Source: Oscillospiraceae bacterium
GTDB taxonomy: Bacteria; Bacillota; Clostridia; Oscillospirales; Oscillospiraceae
Assembly: GCA_024403095.1 (NCBI GenBank)
Contig: JAKSSN010000001.1
Span: forward strand, 1 to 42,191
Direction: 5' to 3'
DNA: 42,191 bases
Notes under the pieces: generated by a model
Database searches by the model: none
Told to the model about the DNA's origin: nothing
The model's input: only the letters and a program-made list of their open reading frames with translations
Program-made: the position numbers and the translations under genes
Part shown: positions 28,299 through 34,909 of the stretch, piece after piece
Layout of the letters: each line of letters opens with the position of its first letter
How positions within the stretch are numbered: position 1 is the first letter of the stretch

Positions 28299-28856
28299 TC
28301 AGCCGATGGATTCTACAACACGGATCGCCTCGGAAACCGCATTGGTCACAGAAGATGAAGTAATGGTTGCACCGGTAAGTGCATCGATGGTACCGCCTTT
28401 TTTGGCCAGTGCCACATCAGCGCCAACTCCTTCGAACTGGCTGCGGAAATTTACACCAACTTCTGCAGTACTTGCTGCATTTGCACCAAGGCCGCTGGTT
28501 TCAGAGTGGGACAGAATGCTGATTCCGGTGCATTTCAGATCGTTGTTAACGCCTACCAGCATGGTAATAATACCCTGAGCTCCGGAGAAGCTGCACTTTA
28601 CTGCATAGCCGCTGCCGTTATCTGCCTGCATAACAGAAATGACCGAGATCTTTTTGCCCATAAAGTTTTTAGGAGAAAGCTTTACAGGACTGAAGCTGTC
28701 AGCCGGAAGAACGATAGACAGTGCCTTCAGTTCTTTTTCATCCTGGTACTGGGCAATTCTGGTTTTTGCCAGCTCATTAACTACGCCAAGAATACCTGCA
28801 ACGATTGCACAGATCAGGAAAAGGACAAAAGCAAGTTTTACTGTTTTATTGTTCAT
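28299..28856 (-). CDS. rnfG: Rnf complex subunit G (FMN-binding)
   Basis: Single N-terminal TM helix and flavinylation motif in DALTGATITSSSV. Confidence 0.92.
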   Translation of the reverse strand: MNNKTVKLAFVLFLICAIVAGILGVVNELAKTRIAQYQDEKELKALSIVLPADSFSPVKLSPKNFMGKKISVISVMQADNGSGYAVKCSFSGAQGIITMLVGVNNDLKCTGISILSHSETSGLGANAASTAEVGVNFRSQFEGVGADVALAKKGGTIDALTGATITSSSVTNAVSEAIRVVESIG

Positions 28857-29884
28857 TTTGCTGCCCCCCTTGCTGCTTTTCTTTCAGCCTTATCTGCTGC
28901 AATATCTTCCTTGGTTGCACCGAAGGGATAACGGCGGAAGGCCTTATCAATTGCCCAGGTGCACAGGTTCATAATAAGAATGGCATAAGAAACGCCTTCG
29001 GGGAAACCGCCAAAGTAACGAATGAGGACGGTAAGCAGACCGCAGCCGCAGCCAAAGAGGAGTTGTCCATTCAGGGTAACAGGGCTTGTTACATAGTCCG
29101 TTGCCATGAAGAAAGCACCAAGCAGCAGGCCGCCTGCCAGCACATTGTCGACCATCCACTCGAAGTGGCCATAACCGGCTTTGCCACAAATAAGCGTGAC
29201 CAGTGCTACAGAACCAACAAAGGAAACTGGAATACGCCAGGAAATTACCTTGCGGGCGATCAGATAAATACCGCCGATCAGAAGAGCAAGAGCACTCAGC
29301 TCACCAATGCATCCGGGAATGGTTCCCAGGAACATGGACTTCATGTTCAGCCAGGCAGGCAGTGCACTGTCGCCATACATGTAGGAAAGCGGAGTTGCAG
29401 AACTTACTGCATCAATTCCCTTCATGGCATTGGGCAGCTGCCATCTTCCCATGATGCCTGCATAAGAGGCAAGCAGGAAAGCACGGCCGGCAAGTGCGGG
29501 GTTCAGGAAGTTCTTGCCAATGCCGCCATAAAGCTGCTTAACTACTACAATTGCAAAGAAGCTGCCGATAACGGGAAGCCATACAGGCACGCTGGTAGGC
29601 AGCGTCATTGCAAGCAGCATACCGGTTACCAGAGCGGAAAGATCGCCAACGCGGCAATCTTTTTTCATCAGTTTGCGGTAGCCCCATTCAAAGAAGCAGG
29701 CGGATGCCATGGAAACCAGTACTACCAGCAGAGGGTGGAAACCATACTGCCATATAGTAACTGCAAGCGTAGGGATCAGTGCAATGATCACATCCAGCAT
29801 CAGGCTGCGGGTATCGCGGTTAGTTCGGACCTGCGGCTGATACGCCACGTCCAGAATGATTTTTTCTTTCTTTTCTGCTGCCAT
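28853..29884 (-). CDS. rnfD: Rnf complex subunit D
   Basis: Polytopic NqrB/RnfD pattern with flavinylation motif in AVSSATPLS. ATGA-type overlap with rnfG. Confidence 0.93.
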   Translation of the reverse strand: MAAEKKEKIILDVAYQPQVRTNRDTRSLMLDVIIALIPTLAVTIWQYGFHPLLVVLVSMASACFFEWGYRKLMKKDCRVGDLSALVTGMLLAMTLPTSVPVWLPVIGSFFAIVVVKQLYGGIGKNFLNPALAGRAFLLASYAGIMGRWQLPNAMKGIDAVSSATPLSYMYGDSALPAWLNMKSMFLGTIPGCIGELSALALLIGGIYLIARKVISWRIPVSFVGSVALVTLICGKAGYGHFEWMVDNVLAGGLLLGAFFMATDYVTSPVTLNGQLLFGCGCGLLTVLIRYFGGFPEGVSYAILIMNLCTWAIDKAFRRYPFGATKEDIAADKAERKAARGAAK

Positions 29885-31251
29885 CAGTTGTTAGCCTCCT
29901 TTGCTGCAGCTGCAGCTGCGGCTGCTTCTGCTTTGGCCTTTTCCTTTGCTGCTCTGGCCTGGAACATCAGCTTAGCTGTTTTAAAGGCATGGGTCAGAGG
30001 CATTCTGGCCGGGCAGTTGTAAGAACAGCTGCCGCACTCAAAGCAGTCGGTTACATGGTATTTTGCCATGTTGTCATAGTCGTGCTTTGTATAATACATA
30101 TACATAAACACGGGTTCCAGATTCATGGGGCACACAGTAATGCATTTACCGCAGCGGATGCAGGTGGGATTGGGAACCATCTTGTCTTCCTCTTCGGTAA
30201 AGTACAGAACACCTGCCGTGCCCTTAACAGTGGGAGCTTCAAAGCTTGTAGCGCACAGGCCCATCATCGGTCCGCCAAGAACGATTTTGCGGGGAGTTTT
30301 TACAAAGCCTCCGCACTGCTCGGCCAGGTAGCCAAAGGGAGTGCCTACACGGGTAAGTGCATTGACAGGGCCTTTCATTGCGCTTCCGCCGACCGTAACG
30401 ATACGCTCGATTACCGGCTTGCCCTCATAGCATGCCTGGTAGATCGCATATGCGGTACGGGTGCTTACTACGTTTGCGCCAACGCCGGCAGGCAGTCCGC
30501 CAGGTTTAACTTCGCGGTCGGTCACCGCTTTGACCTGCATCTTTTCTGCGCCCTGGGGGTACTTTACGTTTTCAGGAACGATCTCGATGGGGTAATTGTT
30601 TTTAGCAATGATTCCATTCAGCAGATCGATTGCGTCCTGTTTGTTCTTTTCAATACCCATGTAGATCTTATCCACGCAGCTGGCCTTACGTACCAGTTCA
30701 ACACCCTTCAGAAGCTCTTCAGGATAGTTGAGCATAGTAAGATGGTCGCCGTTCAGATAAGGTTCGCATTCTGCACCGTTGATAATTACCTTATCGACCT
30801 TACCGATACCGCCGCGGATCTTGAATGCCGTGGGGAACATAGCGCCGCCAAGGCCCACCACGCCTGCCTCGCGGATGCGGGCAAGAATCGTCTCGGAGTC
30901 GTTCATCTCTTCCTCGGTAAGAGGAGCAAGATCGTTGCAGGGAGTGTCCAGATGGTCGTTTTCAATTACAACTGCCATGATCATGTCGCCCAGGGGGTGG
31001 GGACGGGGCTCAATTGCAACTACCTTACCGGAAACTGATGCGTGGACCGGAGCGGATACCGGAGCAGGGTTTTCGCCGATCTTCTGGCCCATCTTAACGA
31101 TGTCGCCAACCTGAACGAGCGGCTTGCAGGGTGCACCGATGTGCTGCGCCATAGGAATCACAACCTGATCCGGAGCAGGAATCACGGTTTCCGGACATTC
31201 GGGGTTTTTCATATAATCCGGGTGGACGCCGCCTTTAAATTTGAATGCCAT
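29884..31251 (-). CDS. rnfC: Rnf complex subunit C
   Basis: MAFKFKGGVHP start preceded by GAGGTG, GLGGAMFPT nucleotide-binding motif, and two 4Fe-4S motifs CIRCGKCITVCP and CFECGSCSYNCP. The track start at 31305 adds 18 unsupported residues. Confidence 0.93.
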   Translation of the reverse strand: MAFKFKGGVHPDYMKNPECPETVIPAPDQVVIPMAQHIGAPCKPLVQVGDIVKMGQKIGENPAPVSAPVHASVSGKVVAIEPRPHPLGDMIMAVVIENDHLDTPCNDLAPLTEEEMNDSETILARIREAGVVGLGGAMFPTAFKIRGGIGKVDKVIINGAECEPYLNGDHLTMLNYPEELLKGVELVRKASCVDKIYMGIEKNKQDAIDLLNGIIAKNNYPIEIVPENVKYPQGAEKMQVKAVTDREVKPGGLPAGVGANVVSTRTAYAIYQACYEGKPVIERIVTVGGSAMKGPVNALTRVGTPFGYLAEQCGGFVKTPRKIVLGGPMMGLCATSFEAPTVKGTAGVLYFTEEEDKMVPNPTCIRCGKCITVCPMNLEPVFMYMYYTKHDYDNMAKYHVTDCFECGSCSYNCPARMPLTHAFKTAKLMFQARAAKEKAKAEAAAAAAAAKEANN

Positions 31252-31382
31252 TCGCTTCACCTCGTTATTTTCTCTAGCTGCAGATACATATGCATGCATC
31301 TGCAATATACATCGCTGATGATAGCATACTGTTCACAGAAAATCCATATTTCCGCCATAGAAAACTCTGACAAGTTTATAAC

Positions 31383-31412
31383 ATTTTAACCTCATAATAC
31401 ATTGTTAATCAA
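31383..31412 (-). promoter_or_regulatory. candidate sigma-A promoter for the rnf operon
   Basis: Minus strand TTGATT (31412..31407), 18-nt spacer, TAAAAT (31388..31383). This would give a ~125-nt leader. Confidence 0.35.
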
Positions 31413-31426
31413 ATAATTATCATATA

Positions 31427-31444
31427 TTGTGTATTATTTCACAC
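31427..31444. promoter_or_regulatory. Rex / Crp-Fnr-type palindromic operator candidate upstream of rnfC
   Basis: TTGTGTA-TTAT-TTCACAC matches TTGTGAAnnnnTTCACAA at 12 of 14 specified positions. It equally fits TGTGA-n6-TCACA with one mismatch. Confidence 0.35.
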
Positions 31445-31578
31445 ATTTCACTCTCTCAAGTAACTGTCTCGGATGGAAAGCCCTTCTGCTTCCCCTGCTT
31501 TAGGTTTTCCCCACCCTGCTTATTTAACACATAACCATTTCCCTCTTCATTTCTCCCCATCATAGCATCCGTAGTCCT

Positions 31579-31603
31579 GCACTCCTTTGGTTCAAAGGAG
31601 TGC
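31579..31603. repeat. perfect 11-bp inverted repeat (hairpin or operator)
   Basis: GCACTCCTTTG-gtt-CAAAGGAGTGC. There is no flanking T-run on either strand, so it is not a canonical terminator. Confidence 0.8.
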
Positions 31604-31616
31604 TTCACGTTCGTGG

Positions 31617-31646
31617 TTTACGTAATTTGTATATTTCTCGTATTAT
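31617..31646 (+). promoter_or_regulatory. distal promoter-like element that contains the recurring 13-mer GTTTACGTAATTT
   Basis: TTTACG (31617-31622), 18-nt spacer, TATTAT (31641-31646). The -35 region lies inside the 13-mer at 31616-31628, which recurs at 42178-42190. Confidence 0.3.
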
Positions 31647-31801
31647 GTGTTCATTCGTTTTACATAATGTCGCTATTTATGTGTTATGTTGCTTTAAGAT
31701 AAAGAATTCTGTCACGATTGGGACTGTATATCGCCTACATATTCATATAAAAGAATATTTCTGCTTTTTTCGCATTTTCTGTGGCATTCACTTGTTGGGA
31801 G

Positions 31802-31810
31802 TGCTATAAT
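31802..31810 (+). promoter_or_regulatory. extended -10 promoter proximal to the beta-propeller gene
   Basis: TGCTATAAT is a perfect TGnTATAAT, 52 nt upstream of the ATG at 31862. Confidence 0.45.
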
Positions 31811-31861
31811 GCTTTTGCTTTTTTGTCTAAGCTATATTTCGATGTATCGGAGTTTATATAC

Positions 31862-33676
31862 ATGTCAGTGAATCGTTCGAAAAGCCGTAAACATTTGATT
31901 AACGCCGGCACTGTGGTCGGCATTGTACTGTTCCTGGTCCTTCTGGTCGTTCTGGTGCTGCTGGTGCGCACAAGCATGGCATTCCGTGCCAAAACCGATG
32001 TTCCCATCGGGCAGAGCGAAGCTGTGGAGAATGTGGTTCCCACTCCCATCCCCGCTGCAGAAACCCCAGAGCCGGAAGCCTCGCCGGAACCTACTCCTGA
32101 ACCCACACCCGAACCCACGCCGGAGCCTACTCCCGAGCCCTATGTGTTCACGCCCCATGCAGTAGAAGGAACCGAGCCTTCGAATCTGGTTTCTTCCACG
32201 GAAGTAATGGTAAACGGTGAGATCGTAGAAACCTACGAGTCCCCCTATGATCCTATTTCTTTTGATATCGGCGATGTCTATACCGAAGCGCAAGGCATTA
32301 TCACCTTCCGCGGCAACAATTTCCGCAACACCGCTGCTTACGGCATCACCCAGGAACTCACCCAGAAAAAGTTCGATACCTCCCGCAGCTGGAATGTGAC
32401 TACCGGCACTCTTACCGACTATAACGGCAATTCCTGGACCGGCAGCGGCTGGACCGGCCAGCCTCTGATCGTGCGCTGGTCAAAAGAGACCCGTGCAATC
32501 ATGACCAACATGAAAGACTGGGCCAAAGAACAGGACGACCTGGTTGAAGTCATCTACGCCACGATGGACGGCCGGATCTACTTCCTTGAAATGACCACCG
32601 GTAAAGCCACCAGAAACAGCATTAATATGGGGCTGACTTACAAAGGCGCAGGTGCTCTGGACCCCAGAGGCTATCCCATTCTTTATGTTGGATCCGGTGT
32701 GAGAAATATGGACGGCAAAAGCCATGTAAGCATTGTTAACCTGCTCAATGGCGAGGTCATGTATACCTTTGGCGACCGCGACAGTTTTGCGCTTCGTGAT
32801 TGGCCAATGTACGACTCCTCCCCCATTGTGGATGCCGAAACCGATCAGCTCATTTATCCCGGAGAGAATGGTCTGCTGTACATTATTCATCTGAACACGC
32901 AGTATGATCCCGAAGCCGGCACATTAAGCATTAACCCCGACAACGTTGTTAAGTGGCGCTATCATAACATTCGTCAGACCCGTTACCTTTACTGGCTGGG
33001 TATGGAATCCAGCTGTGCAGCTTACGGCGGCTACCTGTTTCTGTGCGATAACGGCGGCCTGATGATGTGCCTGGATCTTAACACCCTGCAGCTTGTGTGG
33101 GTACAGGACATTCTGGACGACTCCAACTGCAGCCCGGTGCTTGAACTTGAAAACGGTCACCCCTACCTCTATGTAAGCACCTCTTTCCATTATGGCTGGC
33201 GCAGCTCTAACAAAGCAATTGTTCCTGTATTTAAGATCGATGCCGAAACCGGCGAGATCATCTGGCAGACCGATTATGAGTGCTACACCGAAAGCGGTGT
33301 TTCCGGCGGTGTACAGGGCACTCTGGCAATTGGCGATAAATATATTTACGTTCCTTATGCACGCATTGAAAAGCCCGGTCAGGGTGCTCTGATCGCGCTG
33401 GATAAAACAACCGGCGAAGAAGTATGGCGTTATAATTCCAGCATCATCAGCTGGGGTTCTCCCATTCTGTTCAAAGATACTGCCGGCAAACAGTATGTGA
33501 TGTTCAACACCGGCTATGGCAGCAACGGCAACCTGCACCTGATCGATGCAGAGAGCGGTGAAGTGTATAACACCATCAATCTCAAAGGCAACATCGAAGC
33601 ATCCGGCGCAATCTTTGAAAACTGGCTGATCATTGGCCACCGCAGCTGCCGCATCATCGGTATCCCGCTCGCCTGA
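31862..33676 (+). CDS. membrane-anchored extracytoplasmic protein with a (PEPT)n linker and a PQQ-like / BamB-like beta-propeller domain
   Basis: The ATG at 31862 follows GGAG. Basic N-terminus, then the TM helix GTVVGIVLFLVLLVVLVLLV, then the Pro/Glu/Thr linker, then ~470 aa with repeated Gly/Trp/Tyr-rich blade-like segments typical of PQQ-like repeat proteins. The track start at 31781 has no SD. Confidence 0.75.
   Translation: MSVNRSKSRKHLINAGTVVGIVLFLVLLVVLVLLVRTSMAFRAKTDVPIGQSEAVENVVPTPIPAAETPEPEASPEPTPEPTPEPTPEPTPEPYVFTPHAVEGTEPSNLVSSTEVMVNGEIVETYESPYDPISFDIGDVYTEAQGIITFRGNNFRNTAAYGITQELTQKKFDTSRSWNVTTGTLTDYNGNSWTGSGWTGQPLIVRWSKETRAIMTNMKDWAKEQDDLVEVIYATMDGRIYFLEMTTGKATRNSINMGLTYKGAGALDPRGYPILYVGSGVRNMDGKSHVSIVNLLNGEVMYTFGDRDSFALRDWPMYDSSPIVDAETDQLIYPGENGLLYIIHLNTQYDPEAGTLSINPDNVVKWRYHNIRQTRYLYWLGMESSCAAYGGYLFLCDNGGLMMCLDLNTLQLVWVQDILDDSNCSPVLELENGHPYLYVSTSFHYGWRSSNKAIVPVFKIDAETGEIIWQTDYECYTESGVSGGVQGTLAIGDKYIYVPYARIEKPGQGALIALDKTTGEEVWRYNSSIISWGSPILFKDTAGKQYVMFNTGYGSNGNLHLIDAESGEVYNTINLKGNIEASGAIFENWLIIGHRSCRIIGIPLA
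32066..32139 (+). repeat. in-frame tandem 12-nt repeat encoding PEPEASPEPTPEPTPEPTPEPTPEP
   Basis: The units cct act cct gaa / ccc aca ccc gaa / ccc acg ccg gag / cct act ccc gag differ only at synonymous positions. Confidence 0.9.
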
Positions 33677-33690
33677 TCTTATCAGCAAAT

Positions 33691-33728
33691 AAAAACTCCG
33701 AACCCATTCTCTTGGGTTCGGAGTTTTT
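33691..33728. terminator. bidirectional intrinsic terminator between the beta-propeller gene and the DUF3810 gene
   Basis: AAAAACTCCGAACCCA-ttctct-TGGGTTCGGAGTTTTT, a 16-bp stem that includes the A/T runs. Confidence 0.88.
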
Positions 33729-34839
33729 ATTTGCCCAGTTCCGTACAGGCAGCATCGTAATAATAATTAACCAGCAGGTCAACGCAGGCACCATAGCTCT
33801 GCAGGCCCAGCTTTTGTCCATAGGACTGCAGAAATCCCTCGTATACCGTGTTGGAAACGCTCTGCACTGGTGTTTCGAACTGCTGCCAGTATGCACGGTT
33901 AAAGGCAAAATCGATCTTCACTTCATCACTAAGGGATTCATAGATTGGCTCCCATGCTTCCCTGTCAGCCTTATAGAGAGCATTGCCCAAATGTGTGTAA
34001 GCGAGAAGTGCTGCAGAATACACATAATCCGGGTCCCCATACCTTAGGCTTGCAAGAACAGCCGTAAAATTTGCTTCCTGCTCTCTGGCTACTCCCCGCT
34101 GATGCGATAGCTCGTGTGCTACCGTTGAAGCAAGCAGGCTGGGCGGAAAATCGATATTCACATTTGCTTCCCCGGTAAAGGGAAAGAAAAATCCTGTGAA
34201 ATCCGTAAGGCTCATAATTTTGGAAAAGTGAATTCCCTTTGCATGAACCGCCGGCCCGGCAAGGAAGGGATACTCAGCTTCGATTCCGGCAAACACTTCG
34301 GGCGATTGGGCAAGAATTGCTTTGCGATTTCCATTATATACGCCGCGTGCGTCTCTGCTTACATTTGCGCCGCTTTCATTTGCAAGGCGGGCAAAATATT
34401 CCGTTACCGTCTGCAGCTGCTCAACCGAGACAGGTTCCTCGCTCAGCCCGCTGATTGCGGCAAAATCATCGGCATAATAATATACGCCCCACAGAAGGCA
34501 GAACCCTCCATACACCAGGCAAAAGCAGGTAAGCAGCGTCATTGCCGCTGAGGCCAGGCGCAGCCCCTTCTCTTCTTTTCGGAAAAACAGCACGGTTTCA
34601 ATTATTATGTAAACCAAAAGTCCGATGCCCAGTCCCCCGATCAGCAGCTCAGCCACAGAAAACGGCAACCCGTCGCACTGGCTGGCAAGCCAACGATGCA
34701 GCGGCCGCACTATTGTCTCTGAAAGCAGCTTCATCAGTTCCCGCCTGCTGCGGAGCAAAAAATAGGCCGCCAGCATCAGCCCGGAGAGGAAAGAAAGAAT
34801 GATCCTGACTCTGCAGCGTTTTATAAATTGTTTTGCCAT
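33727..34839 (-). CDS. membrane protein with an HExxH zinc-metallopeptidase-like motif (DUF3810-like)
   Basis: N-terminal TM helices and VAHELSHQRGVAREQEANF (HExxH plus a downstream Glu). The ATG at 34839 is preceded by GAAGGGGA. The track start at 34965 overlaps the ABC gene. Confidence 0.65.
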   Translation of the reverse strand: MAKQFIKRCRVRIILSFLSGLMLAAYFLLRSRRELMKLLSETIVRPLHRWLASQCDGLPFSVAELLIGGLGIGLLVYIIIETVLFFRKEEKGLRLASAAMTLLTCFCLVYGGFCLLWGVYYYADDFAAISGLSEEPVSVEQLQTVTEYFARLANESGANVSRDARGVYNGNRKAILAQSPEVFAGIEAEYPFLAGPAVHAKGIHFSKIMSLTDFTGFFFPFTGEANVNIDFPPSLLASTVAHELSHQRGVAREQEANFTAVLASLRYGDPDYVYSAALLAYTHLGNALYKADREAWEPIYESLSDEVKIDFAFNRAYWQQFETPVQSVSNTVYEGFLQSYGQKLGLQSYGACVDLLVNYYYDAACTELGK

Positions 34840-34909
34840 GGAAGTCCCCTTCCTTCTCAAAAATGATCCGGATGCCAGCATCAGCATCCGGATCATTGTA
34901 GCATATTGT

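Noticed and set aside
28805-31038. 405-aa and 349-aa + strand ORFs opposite rnfG, rnfD and rnfC
   Set aside because: They are antisense shadows of a canonical, motif-complete rnf operon. They have no independent start signals.
31481-31558. Possible G-quadruplex on the minus strand of the pyrimidine tract
   Set aside because: G3+ runs are present, but the intervening loops are 8-13 nt, outside the usual canonical G4 definition. I kept only the repeat and composition observation.
31456-31563. 35-aa purine-rich minus-strand ORF (MMGRNEEGNGYVLNKQGGENLKQGKQKGFPSETVT) upstream of rnf
   Set aside because: The only SD-like sequence (AAAGGAG) is 18 nt from the ATG and sits inside the 11-bp hairpin. 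A 35-codon ORF in purine-rich DNA is not significant.
31600-31809. 69-aa + strand ORF in the rnf / beta-propeller intergenic region
   Set aside because: It is AT-rich junk-like sequence with many Cys, Phe and Ile residues, a GTG start and no SD. It overlaps the promoter elements of the downstream gene.
32066-32139. Tandem 12-nt repeats considered as a CRISPR-like or VNTR element
   Set aside because: The repeats are in frame inside a CDS and encode a PEPT linker. They have no spacers, and the units differ only at synonymous sites.
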